Positions 38,175-49,430 of a stretch of DNA of 64,000 bases are shown here, piece after piece. The translations under genes were made by a program, and so were the position numbers. The notes beneath the pieces are model-generated. The model searched no databases and was not told where the DNA came from. It saw only the letters and a program-made list of their open reading frames with translations. This stretch comes from an uncultured Syntrophobacteraceae bacterium (GTDB lineage: Bacteria > Desulfobacterota > Binatia > UBA9968), in assembly GCA_964572145.1 (NCBI GenBank), contig CAZNES010000005.1:21642-85641 (forward strand), read 5' to 3'. Each line of letters opens with the position of its first letter. Positions within the stretch are counted from its first letter, which is position 1.

Positions 38175-38203
38175 CCCTGATGCTTACGCTTGGCGATCGC
38201 GCC

Positions 38204-38479
38204 TCACTCGCTCTCGAAAAATTTCTTGGCGACGAGTTTTTCGACGGCGCGGATCGCTTCTTCGGCCTGCTTTCCTTTAGCCTCGACTTGGATCTCGCTT
38301 CCCCGCGTGGCCGCCAGAGTGAGCACGCCCATGATGCTCCGCCCGTCCACGCTCTGACCGTCTTTGGAGATCGTGACCTCCGCGTCGAAACGATTGACCG
38401 TCTGGACCAAAAGGGCGGCGGCCCGCGCGTGCAGCCCGAGCTTGTTCTTGATCGCGAGTTTTTTCGCTAGCTTGTCCAT
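38204..38479 (-). CDS. ptsH: HPr-family phosphocarrier protein (NPr-like, PTS-Ntr context)
   Basis: 'NKLGLHARAAALLV' active-site His region; 91 aa. Confidence 0.9.
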   Translation of the reverse strand: MDKLAKKLAIKNKLGLHARAAALLVQTVNRFDAEVTISKDGQSVDGRSIMGVLTLAATRGSEIQVEAKGKQAEEAIRAVEKLVAKKFFESE

Positions 38480-38483
38480 CGTC

Positions 38484-39350
38484 TCATTTGTCGATGTCGC
38501 GGTGCTTTACGTGGATGCGAAAGTTCTCTCCGTCGAGCCTCTTTTTCAACTCCTCCACGAGAACGACGGAGCGGTGTTTTCCGCCGGTGCAGCCGAGCGC
38601 CAGCGTCAGGCTGCTCTTTCCCTCACGCACGTAATGCGGCAGCGTAAATTCCAGCAATGCATAAAGCCGGTCGAGAAACGCGTGCGTTTCGCCGAGCTTG
38701 AGAACAAACGCTTCGACATCGGGATCCAGCCCCTTCTTGTCCCTCAGCTCATGGACGAAAAACGGGTTGGGAAGAAAGCGGCAGTCGAAGATGATGTCGG
38801 CGTCGGGCGGAATACCGTACTTGTAGCCGAAGGAGGTGAGGAACAAGTTCATTTTGCGGGGAAAGGCGGTTTGGCTGAATTGCTCTTCGATCTCTTTTTT
38901 TAGCTCGTGCACGTTGAATTGACTCGTGTCGATCACCTTGTCGGCCAGGGCGCGCATCCCTTCCAGCGCCTTGCGCTCCCGCGCGATGCCCTCCTGAACC
39001 GAACCGTCTCCGGCCAGCGGATGGGGGCGGCGGGTTTCGCTGAAGCGATGCAGCAGCACGTCGTCGGCGGCATCCAGAAATATGACCTCCACGTAATGTC
39101 CAACGCTCCTCAAGGCGGTGAGCATTTCGGGCCAGGATTGAAGGAATTGCCCGGCTCTTAGGTCCACGCCCAAGGCGATCCGCCGGATTCCCTCGCCGTA
39201 TCCCAGACACAGCTCGATAAACTTGGGGATCAAGGCGACGGGAAGGTTATCGATGCAGAAGAAGCCCCGGTCTTCGAGCGCGCGGATCGCAACGCTCTTT
39301 CCCGAACCCGAGAGTCCCGTGACAACGACGATATCCAAACTGTCAAGCAT
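38484..39350 (-). CDS. rapZ: RNase adapter protein RapZ (YhbJ)
   Basis: P-loop 'VTGLSGSGKS' and C-terminal 'ALGCTGGKHRSV'. Confidence 0.92.
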   Translation of the reverse strand: MLDSLDIVVVTGLSGSGKSVAIRALEDRGFFCIDNLPVALIPKFIELCLGYGEGIRRIALGVDLRAGQFLQSWPEMLTALRSVGHYVEVIFLDAADDVLLHRFSETRRPHPLAGDGSVQEGIARERKALEGMRALADKVIDTSQFNVHELKKEIEEQFSQTAFPRKMNLFLTSFGYKYGIPPDADIIFDCRFLPNPFFVHELRDKKGLDPDVEAFVLKLGETHAFLDRLYALLEFTLPHYVREGKSSLTLALGCTGGKHRSVVLVEELKKRLDGENFRIHVKHRDIDK

Positions 39351-39409
39351 AAACGAAACGACTGAGTATCAACTCGAACCCATTTGCACGTCTGCGAAAG
39401 TCGTGTCGT

Positions 39410-39513
39410 CTTCCTTCGAGACCTTCGTGGTTAAAATCCTCTCACCACGTCAGCCACCAAACTTTGGCTGATCCGTCCTTTGGCGGAAAGAGCACGAAGC
39501 GCACGAAGTTCGG
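39410..39513 (+). repeat. Mosaic intergenic repeat, copy A (modules m1+m3+m4+m5)
   Basis: cttccttcgagaccttcg|tggttaaaatcctctcaccacg|tcagccaccaaactttggctgatccgtcctttggcggaa|agagcacgaagcgcacgaagtt. See copies at 46236, 60544 and 63452. Confidence 0.85.
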
Positions 39514-39540
39514 TCCTCAGCACTCGGTACTCAGTCCTGT

Positions 39541-40002
39541 TTAAAATTTCTGATCTTCCTCTACGATCACGGCAAAGATCTCTTCCTGCGTTTTTCCCTC
39601 CATGAGGCGCGCGCGAAAAGAGCCGTCTTTGAGCAAACGCGAGATCCGCGCCAGTGCCTTCAAATGGTCCGCCGCCGAATCTTCCGGCGCGATCAGGACG
39701 AAAAATAGATACGTCGGGCCTCCGTCGAGAGAATCGAAATCGACGCCGTGGACGCTCCGGGCAAAAACTCCCAAGACTTTTGGGATACCGGCGGCCTTCC
39801 CATGAGGGATCGCCACGCCTTCGCCGATGGCCGTGCTGCTGATCGTCTCTCTTTCGAGCAGAGTGTCGAACAATTTCCGGGCGTCCAGAGAATGCTCATG
39901 GTCGGCCAGCCGGCCGGCCATTTCCTGGAGCACGCTTTTCTTGTCCTTTCCCTTGAGGTCGGGAATGATCCTCGCGGCAGCCAAAAAGTCGGTGATCTTC
40001 AA
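39541..40002 (-). CDS. ptsN: PTS IIA-Ntr
   Basis: 153 aa with 'GEGVAIPHGK' phosphorylatable-His motif. Confidence 0.9.
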   Translation of the reverse strand: MKITDFLAAARIIPDLKGKDKKSVLQEMAGRLADHEHSLDARKLFDTLLERETISSTAIGEGVAIPHGKAAGIPKVLGVFARSVHGVDFDSLDGGPTYLFFVLIAPEDSAADHLKALARISRLLKDGSFRARLMEGKTQEEIFAVIVEEDQKF

Positions 40003-40316
40003 GATTTTACCCTTCTTCTTTTGAGTTTCGTTTTGGTTTTGTATTTTCGGATCTGTTGCTCGACCTTATCCATCAAGAGGTCGATTGCAGCATAAAGATC
40101 GTCGGTTTCTTCCCGTCCGTGGATCGTCATGGCGCGGCTTTGTAGCGTAACCTCGGCCAGTTGCCGCGCGTGCGATTCCACCGACAGAACCACGTGGGCT
40201 TCCAGGGGGCGGTTAAAATATTTGCCGATCTTGTGGAGCTTATCCTCCGCGTAGCGCTTCAAAGCGTCGGTCGGCTGCGTGTGACGGAAGGTCACGGAAA
40301 CTTTTACGTCCGTCAT
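39999..40316 (-). CDS. hpf: Ribosome hibernation promoting factor (sigma-54 modulation protein family)
   Basis: 105 aa with a short HPF/YhbH pattern. Immediately downstream of rpoN. Confidence 0.9.
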   Translation of the reverse strand: MTDVKVSVTFRHTQPTDALKRYAEDKLHKIGKYFNRPLEAHVVLSVESHARQLAEVTLQSRAMTIHGREETDDLYAAIDLLMDKVEQQIRKYKTKTKLKRRRVKS

Positions 40317-40329
40317 AGGCTGGTTCAGT

Positions 40330-41796
40330 CTATTTTCTGAGATAGGGCTGCCGCCGTCTGGAAGAGGGGAGAATGCCCATGGCTTCCCGATACTTGGCTA
40401 CTGTCCGCCGGGCGATGCCGATCAAATCGTCGCTCAGAAGCTTGGCGATGTGCTGATCGCTGAATGGTTTTTTCCGGTCTTCGGCGGAGACGATGCCGCG
40501 GATTTTGTCTTTGACGCTCTCGGAAGCGACGTCTTCCCCGTTGCCCGATCTGAGACCGCTTTGGAAAAAATATTTTAGCTCGAAGAGTCCGTTCGGCGTG
40601 TGCACATACTTGTTAGCCGTGGCGCGGCTCACAGTGGACTCGTGCATGCCGATGTCCTCGGCTACGTCCTTCAGCACCATCGGTCTTAGCTGGCTCACGC
40701 CCGTCTCCAAAAACTCCCGCTGGAATTTGAAAATGCTCTGGGTCACGCGATAGAGCGTCTGCTGCCGCTGGTGGATGCTCTTGATGAGCCAGGTGGCCGC
40801 GCGCACTTTTTCTTGCAAGTACTGCCGGGCCTTTTCCTCTTCCTCGCCTTGCTGGCTCGCGAGACGCCGGTAAAAAGAGCTGACCCGAAGCCGCGGCAGG
40901 CCCTCGTCGTTTAAAAATATCACCCACTCGTCGCCGATTTTTTCCACCGAGACGTCCGGGATGATCGTGCGGATCTCTTCTTCGTCGTAGCCGCGCGCCG
41001 GCCGCGGCTCCAGCGAAGCGATCACCTGAGACGCCTCGACGATCTCATCCACGGTGATGCCGAGCTCGCGCGCGAGTTTCTCGAACCTTCTATTTTCGAG
41101 CTGCGCCAGGTGGTCCGAGACTATGCGCGCGGCCAGGCTGTCGGCCAGGCCGAGGTTTTGGAGCTGTATCAACAAGCATTCGCGCAAGTCCCGCGCCGCC
41201 ACGCCCGGTGGATCGAAGAACTGGATTTTCTTGAGCACGGCCTCCGTCGTTTCCGGCGCGCCGCCGGTGGCCTCGCAGACCTCGTCGAGGGAAAGCGCAA
41301 GGTAGCCGTTCTCAGCCAGGTTCCCGATGATGTAAAGGCCGATTTTCTCTTCGTATTCGCTCAGCCGGGAGAGGCGCAATTGCCAGACCAGATGATCTTC
41401 GAGCGAGGTCTTTTTCGTGAGAGTATTCTCCCACGAAGGCGGCCCTTCGTCCTCGTCTCCGCCGGACTCCGCGGTGAGCGAGCCGTGAAGAGAGTTGGAA
41501 TGGGTATCGAGATAATCTTGCCAGTCGAGCGTGCCGATCTTGTCCGCCGCCGAAAGCTCGCGCACGGGCTCGGGCGCTACGATTCTCTCGGGGAGATCTT
41601 CCTCGGGTTTCAGCGGCTGGTTTTCCGGCTCCCCGGCGGGGCTCTCCTCCAGCGTCGGATTTTCTTGCAGTTCCTGAGAGATCATCTCCTCGAGCTCCAA
41701 GCGCGAAAGTTGCAGGAGCTTGATCGCCTGCTGCAACTGGGGAGTCATCACCAGTTGCTGCGAGAGTCTCTGAATCTGTCTGATCTCGAGCGCCAT
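40330..41796 (-). CDS. rpoN: RNA polymerase sigma-54 factor
   Basis: N-terminal 'QQLVMTPQLQQAIKLLQLS' and RpoN box 'ARRTVAKYRE'. Confidence 0.97.
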   Translation of the reverse strand: MALEIRQIQRLSQQLVMTPQLQQAIKLLQLSRLELEEMISQELQENPTLEESPAGEPENQPLKPEEDLPERIVAPEPVRELSAADKIGTLDWQDYLDTHSNSLHGSLTAESGGDEDEGPPSWENTLTKKTSLEDHLVWQLRLSRLSEYEEKIGLYIIGNLAENGYLALSLDEVCEATGGAPETTEAVLKKIQFFDPPGVAARDLRECLLIQLQNLGLADSLAARIVSDHLAQLENRRFEKLARELGITVDEIVEASQVIASLEPRPARGYDEEEIRTIIPDVSVEKIGDEWVIFLNDEGLPRLRVSSFYRRLASQQGEEEEKARQYLQEKVRAATWLIKSIHQRQQTLYRVTQSIFKFQREFLETGVSQLRPMVLKDVAEDIGMHESTVSRATANKYVHTPNGLFELKYFFQSGLRSGNGEDVASESVKDKIRGIVSAEDRKKPFSDQHIAKLLSDDLIGIARRTVAKYREAMGILPSSRRRQPYLRK

Positions 41797-41798
41797 GA

Positions 41799-42521
41799 TC
41801 AGAGCCTGAATCCTTCACCGAGATAAACCTGGCGCGCCCTGGCGCTGGTGGCAATCGTCTCGGGACTGCCTTCTTCCAAAACCCGCCCTTCGTTGATGAT
41901 GTAGGCGCGATCGCAAATGCCCAGGGTCTCGCGCACGTTGTGGTCGGTGATCAGCACGCCGATGCCGCTCGTGGTGAGCTTGCGGATGATATTTTGGATC
42001 TCCGCGACCGCGATCGGATCGATGCCGGTAAAAGGCTCGTCCAGCAGGATGAAGAACGGCGAGAGGACCAGCGCGCGGGCGATCTCCACTCTGCGCCGTT
42101 CTCCGCCGGAGAGCGTAACGGCCTTCTGCTTGGCCAGCTCGAAGACGCCGAGCATCCGCATGAGCTGCGCGGCGCGGTCTTTTTGCTCCTCCTCGCTCAA
42201 GTCGAGGGTTTCGAGAATCGCGAGAAGATTTTCCTCCACGGTGAGACGGCGAAAGACGGAGGATTCCTGAGGCAAATAACTGAGACCCGCGCGCGCGCGC
42301 TGGTAGATCGGCAGGGCCGTCAGGTCGTCCCCGTTCAACAGGACCTTTCCCTCGTCGGGATGAACCAACCCGACCATCATGTGAAAGGTCGTGGTCTTTC
42401 CGGCGCCGTTCGGCCCCAAAAGTCCGACGACCTCGCCCCCGTTCACCGCCAGGTTTACCTGGTCGACCACCCGCCGGCCGGTGTAGGATTTCGTTACGCT
42501 CTCGGCTTGAAGCTGGTTCAT
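41799..42521 (-). CDS. lptB: LPS export ABC transporter ATP-binding protein
   Basis: Walker A 'GPNGAGKTT', signature '[13 protein letters not shown]', Walker B 'ILLDEPF'. Confidence 0.95.
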   Translation of the reverse strand: MNQLQAESVTKSYTGRRVVDQVNLAVNGGEVVGLLGPNGAGKTTTFHMMVGLVHPDEGKVLLNGDDLTALPIYQRARAGLSYLPQESSVFRRLTVEENLLAILETLDLSEEEQKDRAAQLMRMLGVFELAKQKAVTLSGGERRRVEIARALVLSPFFILLDEPFTGIDPIAVAEIQNIIRKLTTSGIGVLITDHNVRETLGICDRAYIINEGRVLEEGSPETIATSARARQVYLGEGFRL

Positions 42522-43126
42522 TTTGCTTTTGTCGGCTCGGTATCGTCTTTTTTCTGCTGCAGCTCTTCCGGGAAAATCGTCCCTTCGACGCGCCGGTCTT
42601 TCCCGCTTTCAACGATCATCCGGTCCTCGGTCATAAAGTAAATGATTTTCTCACCCGAGACCTGGCTGTTCCCCTGGCGCATTATCGGATTGCCGGTCAT
42701 CGTCACTGTCTGTATCACGCCGTCGAAAACCGCCTTGGTGCCGGTCGCCACCCGGTCCCCTTGGATTACCTGGACCAGTTTTCCTTCGGCGATGGCCTCC
42801 TTGATCTGCTGCAGATCGGGATCGAAGTAGGCGGTGAGCTTATCGCTCCTCATCGTCATGTCCCCCTGGACCGTCACCACCCGGCCCAGGTAGATGAGAA
42901 TATTTTTCTGCCGGTCCACTTCCATCCGGTCGGAAGTAATCAAGATGGGGTCTTGTTTATTGCCGGGCCCGGCCGTCTGAGATTTTTTTTTGGTTTCGGT
43001 CTTTGTTTGTCCGGCGGCCTCTCCGGCGCGCGCCGGAGAATAGGCGCAGGCAAAAAGCAGACAGGCCGCCAGCACCGCTCCGCTGGTCCGCAGGCGCCGG
43101 GCGCGGTCAGCCATCCTTCTTTTCAT
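42518..43126 (-). CDS. lptA: LPS transport periplasmic protein LptA (OstA-like)
   Basis: Signal peptide plus OstA-fold repeats. Position is between lptC and lptB. Confidence 0.8.
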   Translation of the reverse strand: MKRRMADRARRLRTSGAVLAACLLFACAYSPARAGEAAGQTKTETKKKSQTAGPGNKQDPILITSDRMEVDRQKNILIYLGRVVTVQGDMTMRSDKLTAYFDPDLQQIKEAIAEGKLVQVIQGDRVATGTKAVFDGVIQTVTMTGNPIMRQGNSQVSGEKIIYFMTEDRMIVESGKDRRVEGTIFPEELQQKKDDTEPTKAK

Positions 43127-43737
43127 TTGGTTTTCCCTTCGTTTTTTTTGAGCTTGTCGGGCTCGATCTTGGTCTTCACGCCCTGGTTCAGCCGCATTTT
43201 ATCGTCATTCAAGCTGATCTCCATGTGCGAGCCGTCGAGCTCCATGCCTGCGCCCTTGACGCTTACCCGGCCCGGCAAGACCATCTGATTCTTGCTCTTG
43301 AAATATAGAATCTCACCCGTCTTCAGGACGTATCCGCGGAAGTTGACTTCCACGTCGCCGAGCAGTTGGGCCTTTTGCATATCTCCCTGGCCGTCCTCGA
43401 GCCACAGGATTCCCTGGTCTCCGGTGGCCTCCACGGCGGTATTATCCTTCTGATAAAAAAAGATGCGCGGTTTTTTCAGCACGAGCTGTCCTTCCGCCTT
43501 GTGGTAGCGCGCTTCCTCGCCGAACACCTCCCAAACCTTCCTTTCTCCGTCGACTTGAGCGCGATGGAAGTCCTTGATCTGCAGCGCCGCTTCCGGGACA
43601 TAATCCAGGGCTTTCACCGCGGCCTTCCGGAGCGACCTATTTCCCTGCCAGATGCTCTCCCCGACTTTGTAAACCACTCCCCCTAGTGAAGCGGAAATCA
43701 GGATAAGTAGAATTATTCTCAGCCTGCGTCGATTCAT
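43123..43737 (-). CDS. lptC: LPS export system protein LptC
   Basis: A single N-terminal TM helix ('RIILLILISASLGGVV') followed by a beta-jellyroll-like region. Conserved position. Confidence 0.7.
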   Translation of the reverse strand: MNRRRLRIILLILISASLGGVVYKVGESIWQGNRSLRKAAVKALDYVPEAALQIKDFHRAQVDGERKVWEVFGEEARYHKAEGQLVLKKPRIFFYQKDNTAVEATGDQGILWLEDGQGDMQKAQLLGDVEVNFRGYVLKTGEILYFKSKNQMVLPGRVSVKGAGMELDGSHMEISLNDDKMRLNQGVKTKIEPDKLKKNEGKTK

Positions 43738-43820
43738 AACTGTCTCAGCAGGTGAAAATACCATCTTTGAAATGAGCTGTAAAGGCGATGGGCACGAAAC
43801 TTGCTAGACTCGAATGAGAT

Positions 43821-44360
43821 TCAATGGCGGTGATACTGCCGAGTGGCGTTGTGCCACTTACGTTGCGCCCGCAGGAGCAGGTCAGCAACTTCTCTTACCG
43901 CGCCTCTCCCTCCTGAGGCTGTGGTCACATGATCGCTCAATCGCTTGAGTCCGGCCCAACAGTCGTTGACCGTTATCGCCAAGCCAACGCGCCCGAGAAG
44001 CGGCAGGTCCACCAGATCGTCACCGGCGTAGGCGACCTCTAGGTCCGACAATCCCGTGGCGCGCTTGATTTTTTCATAAGCGACAAGTTTGTCATCGGCG
44101 CCCTGGTAAACCAGTTTGATTCCAAGCTCTTTGGCGCGATGGTTGACTGCGGCCGAGGAGCGCCCGGAAACGATGCCGACCTGGATTCCCGCGCGCTGGA
44201 GCAGGCGAATCCCTTGTCCATCGCGCACGTCGAAGGATTTGATCTCTCTCCCGCGGTGATCCACCACGATCCTGCCGTCGGTCAAGACTCCGTCCACGTC
44301 GAGCAAGAGGAGTTTAATTCTCCCGGCTTTTTTGCGGACGGCGGCCGTGATGCGCTGCAC
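43821..44360 (-). CDS. kdsC: 3-deoxy-D-manno-octulosonate 8-phosphate phosphatase
   Basis: HAD motif 'LLLLDVDGVLTDG' and 'GDDLVDLP'. A GTG start at 44360 lies just after the kdsD stop. The 358-aa track ORF extension overlaps kdsD out of frame. Confidence 0.85.
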   Translation of the reverse strand: MQRITAAVRKKAGRIKLLLLDVDGVLTDGRIVVDHRGREIKSFDVRDGQGIRLLQRAGIQVGIVSGRSSAAVNHRAKELGIKLVYQGADDKLVAYEKIKRATGLSDLEVAYAGDDLVDLPLLGRVGLAITVNDCWAGLKRLSDHVTTASGGRGAVREVADLLLRAQRKWHNATRQYHRH

Positions 44361-44365
44361 GGAGA

Positions 44366-45337
44366 TTAGATACCGGCCTTGAGAAGGTCGTGAAGGTGGA
44401 CGATGCCGATGGGCTGTTTCGTGCCCTCGTCCAGGACGAATAAGGAGGTAATCGAATGCTCTTCCATGAGCGCCATGGCCCGCGCCGCCAGCGCGTCGGC
44501 AGGTACGGTCTTGGGGTTGCGGCTCATGAGATCTTTTGCCTTGAAGCGGAAGATGTCTCCTTTGCTTTCCAATCCGCGTCGGAGATCTCCGTCGGTGATG
44601 ATGCCGACGAGATGACCTTGACCGTTCAGCACTCCGGTCACTCCCAGGCGTTTGGAGGTGATGGTTAGGATGGCGTCTTTCATCGGAGTCTCTTCGCCGA
44701 CCAGCGGCAACTCCGGGCCCCGATGCATCAATTCTTCGACGCAGAGCAGGAGTTTGCGCCCGAGCGTTCCGCCGGGATGGCGCAGAGCGAAGTCTTCTTC
44801 CTTGAAACCCTTCTTTTCGAGAAGGACGACCGCCAGGGCATCGCCCAACGCCAGGGCCGCGGTGGTGCTGGCGGTGGGCGAGAGTCCCATCGGGCAAGCC
44901 TCTTCTTTGACGCCGACGTTGAGCACGACGTCGGCGATGCGCGACAGAGTAGAAGCATGATTGCCGGTCATGGCGATCAGCTTGATGCCGAGCCGTTTGA
45001 TGGCCGGCGCGAATTTGAGAATTTCTTCGGTCTCGCCGCTGTTCGAAACCGCGAGCACGACATCTCCCTTGTTGATCATCCCCATGTCGCCGTGATTGGC
45101 GTCGCCGGCATGGAGAAAAAGCGAAGGCGTGCCGGTGCTCGAAAGCGTGGCGGAGATCTTGCGGCAGATAAGGCCCGACTTTCCGAGTCCCGTGACGACG
45201 ACTTTTCCCTTGCAGTGATGGAGGAGATCCACCGCGCGGAGGAAATTTTGGTCGAGCCGGTCCACGAGAGACAAAATTCCCCGCGCCTCGATCTCCAGCA
45301 CGTCGCGCGCGCGCTTCAATGTTTTGCCGGTATCCAT
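44366..45337 (-). CDS. kdsD: Arabinose-5-phosphate isomerase (SIS + tandem CBS)
   Basis: 'VVVTGLGKSGLICRK' SIS motif plus C-terminal CBS pair. Confidence 0.92.
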   Translation of the reverse strand: MDTGKTLKRARDVLEIEARGILSLVDRLDQNFLRAVDLLHHCKGKVVVTGLGKSGLICRKISATLSSTGTPSLFLHAGDANHGDMGMINKGDVVLAVSNSGETEEILKFAPAIKRLGIKLIAMTGNHASTLSRIADVVLNVGVKEEACPMGLSPTASTTAALALGDALAVVLLEKKGFKEEDFALRHPGGTLGRKLLLCVEELMHRGPELPLVGEETPMKDAILTITSKRLGVTGVLNGQGHLVGIITDGDLRRGLESKGDIFRFKAKDLMSRNPKTVPADALAARAMALMEEHSITSLFVLDEGTKQPIGIVHLHDLLKAGI

Positions 45338-46164
45338 TAATTTTGCTTGGCCAGTTGATCGATCTCTTTCACTCGCTTAAGCAGCTCTTCGAGCTCTCCC
45401 AGCGGCAACGAATTGGGCCCGTCGCTCGGCGCGTGGTCCGGATTTTCATGCACTTCCATAAACAGCGCGTCGATGCCGACGGCGACGGCGGCCCTGGCAA
45501 GCGCCGGGATGTAGCGGCGTTCTCCGCCCGACGCCTTGCCGAGCCCGCCGGGAAGCTGCAGGCTATGGGTTGCGTCAAAGACGACAGGATAGCCGAGTTC
45601 GCCCAATACCACGAGCGAGCGCATATCCGAAACCAGATTGTTATAACCGAACGATGCGCCGCGCTCGGTGACCATGACCTGCTCGTTTCCGGTCGAGACG
45701 ATTTTCTCGACGATGTTGCGCACGTCCCACGGCGCCAGGAATTGCCCTTTCTTTACATTGACGACTTTTCCCGAGCGCGCCACGGCGAGGACGAAATCGG
45801 TCTGGCGGCAGAGAAAGGCGGGAATCTGCAACACGTCCGCGGAATCCTTCACGAGGGCCGCTTGCTCTTTTTCGTGCACGTCGGTCAACACCGGCACGCC
45901 GATCTCCCGCCGGACCTTCGCAAGAATTCGAAGTCCGTCCTCCAGCCCCGGTCCGCGGAACGACGAGAGCGAGGTGCGGTTGGCTTTGTCGTAGGAAGAC
46001 TTGAAAATGACGGGCATGCCGACTCGATCGGCGACGCTTTTGATGAAGGCCGCATGCCTCATCGCCGAATCGGCGCTCTCGATGACGCACGGTCCGGCGA
46101 TCAAAGCCAACGGCCGTCCACCGCCGATTTCAAAGCCGCCGATTTTAATTTTTTTGGAAGCCAT
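45337..46164 (-). CDS. kdsA: 2-dehydro-3-deoxyphosphooctonate aldolase
   Basis: 275 aa with 'LIAGPCVIES', 'FKSSYDKANRTS' and 'DATHSLQLPGG'. Confidence 0.95.
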   Translation of the reverse strand: MASKKIKIGGFEIGGGRPLALIAGPCVIESADSAMRHAAFIKSVADRVGMPVIFKSSYDKANRTSLSSFRGPGLEDGLRILAKVRREIGVPVLTDVHEKEQAALVKDSADVLQIPAFLCRQTDFVLAVARSGKVVNVKKGQFLAPWDVRNIVEKIVSTGNEQVMVTERGASFGYNNLVSDMRSLVVLGELGYPVVFDATHSLQLPGGLGKASGGERRYIPALARAAVAVGIDALFMEVHENPDHAPSDGPNSLPLGELEELLKRVKEIDQLAKQN

Positions 46165-46235
46165 GATGCGTCGCTAAGTAGAACACTGCGAGCCGCGGAA
46201 TGCAAATTTCCACCGCTTTACGGGAGATCGTGTTG

Positions 46236-46393
46236 CCTTCCTTCGAGACCTTCCTGTCCGCCAGAGGACGGATCAGCCACAGTTTTTAAGGCTGATCCTT
46301 CGTGGTTAAAATCTTCTCACCACGTCAGCCACCAAACTTTAGCTGATCCGTCCTTTGGCGGAAAGAGCACGAAGCACACGAAGTTTGGATCAT
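46236..46393 (+). repeat. Mosaic intergenic repeat, copy B (most complete: m1+m2+m3+m4+m5)
   Basis: It contains m2 (gtccgccagaggacggatcagccacagttt...) and its inverted relative m4 (...aaactttagctgatccgtcctttggcggaa) flanking hairpin m3. Confidence 0.85.
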
Positions 46394-46453
46394 TAGTCGC
46401 GCCAAGAGCGCAAAGCGTACTTTGGCCTCTCTTGGGCCTTTTTCACCGGTCGG

Positions 46454-48118
<1,665 letters not shown>

Positions 48119-48874
48119 TTATTGTTGCGCGCCGCGCAGGTATGCTTCCGCCTTATGCAAATCGTCCGGCGTGTCGATCTCGACCGAAGGCTCCTCCACG
48201 TCGGCGACGCGAATGCGATAGCCGTTCGACAAGGCCCGAAGCTGCTCCAATTTTTCCGACTGCTCGAGCGCCGTGGGGCGCATGGCCGCGAACTTCAACA
48301 GAAAGTCGCGGCGGTAAACATAAATGCCGACGTGACGATAGCCGAGAACTTTGCCGGTCCCGTTGCCGGCCGGAATGCCGTTGTCCCGCGCGTACGGAAT
48401 CGGCGCGCGGGAAAAATACAGCGCAAATCCCTGTCGATCGGTCACGACCTTGACGACGTTCGGGTTGAGCCATTCGTCGCGCTCGACGATTGGCGTCCGC
48501 GCCGTACCCATGGGGATCGAACGATTGCGCTTGAGAGGACTAAGCGTTCGAAGAATCGTTTGCGGCCGGATGAACGGGAGATCTCCCTGGACGTTGATCA
48601 TCCACTCGGCGCGGATTTTTCGCGCGACTTCGGCGAGACGATCTGTGCCGCTTAAGTGTTTTGCCGAAGTCATTATCGCCTCGGCGCCGAAATTTTTCGC
48701 CGCCGCGAAAATCCGGCGGTCGTCGGTGGCGACGATGACGCGATCCAAACCTGGAGTGCGGGAAGCGTTCTCATAGACGTGCTGAATCATCGGTTTGCCG
48801 CCGAGCAGGGCCAGGGGCTTTCCGGGGAAGCGAGTCGAAGCGTAACGGGCCGGGATGATCGCGACGACGGCCAT
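48119..48874 (-). CDS. kdsB: 3-deoxy-manno-octulosonate cytidylyltransferase
   Basis: 'IIPARYASTRFPGKPL'; 251 aa. Confidence 0.93.
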   Translation of the reverse strand: MAVVAIIPARYASTRFPGKPLALLGGKPMIQHVYENASRTPGLDRVIVATDDRRIFAAAKNFGAEAIMTSAKHLSGTDRLAEVARKIRAEWMINVQGDLPFIRPQTILRTLSPLKRNRSIPMGTARTPIVERDEWLNPNVVKVVTDRQGFALYFSRAPIPYARDNGIPAGNGTGKVLGYRHVGIYVYRRDFLLKFAAMRPTALEQSEKLEQLRALSNGYRIRVADVEEPSVEIDTPDDLHKAEAYLRGAQQ

Positions 48875-49190
48875 GAATCAAACTCCAGACGCCGGCCGGC
48901 AGGCCGAAAGGCCGGAGCGCAAAGTTTTGATTTCGCCGCCAGAAATAAAAAGCCGCGATGGCCTTCTCGGAAAGCGCATCACGGAATTTGACTATATCCC
49001 TCGCGCCGAATCCTGTCAATGAGATTTTGGATTTTGAGACTTCTCAGATGTTGCAGCAAAGTGAAAGAGAACGTGACGCTGACGACTAAGGAGCAGAATC
49101 GATTAGAAGTTTTCAAGTATGAGAGATTGTCAAAAATCGAAAGCCAGGCCCAAAGTCCTCCGGTGTCTTATCCCAAATCGGCCAGCAATG

Positions 49191-49430
49191 TTAGGCATCG
49201 CCCCCAGGCTCACGAAGAAGTGGCTGGTTGTCTTTCGTGATCCTAATTAGAAACCGTAGCGCTTCGTTCACTGACTCTGCACTGGGGAACGCTTCCGCTA
49301 CATCGGGCTCTAAGCGGACGACAGAGTCGCCGAAACTTTTGCGACCAGGGCCGAGCCTGCGCACCTGTAAACTTTTAAGGTCGTATTCTGGTCGCAGTTC
49401 ATCTTTCATCTTTGGGTTAACCTTCTTCAT
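49191..49430 (-). CDS. BrnA-family (DUF4415-like) antitoxin
   Basis: 'PEYDLKSL...VVRLEPDVAEAFPSAESVNEALRFLIRI'. Its start overlaps the 3' end of the brnT-like reading frame by 14 nt. Confidence 0.7.
   Translation of the reverse strand: MKKVNPKMKDELRPEYDLKSLQVRRLGPGRKSFGDSVVRLEPDVAEAFPSAESVNEALRFLIRITKDNQPLLREPGGDA

Noticed and set aside
38099-38203. SAM riboswitch upstream of metK. A TPP riboswitch upstream of tenA (10059..10222) and a Moco riboswitch upstream of moaB (27190..27311) were also considered.
   Set aside because: The leaders are short (105-165 nt). They lack the conserved cores I know, such as the 'CUGAGA' and 'ACCUGA' boxes for TPP, and they lack SAM-I/II consensus helices.
44361-44897. 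N-terminal 180 residues of the 358-aa track ORF 43821..44897.
   Set aside because: This part overlaps kdsD in another frame and is Arg/Pro/Gly-rich. Only the C-terminal 179 codons (KdsC, with a GTG start at 44360 just after the kdsD stop) look genuine.
49019-49240. 73-aa ORF containing 'VTLTTKEQNRLEV', reminiscent of the N-terminus of some HTH transposases.
   Set aside because: The similarity is limited to ~12 residues and the rest has no HTH-like continuation. The ORF also overlaps the brnA 3' end on the opposite strand. It is probably non-coding.
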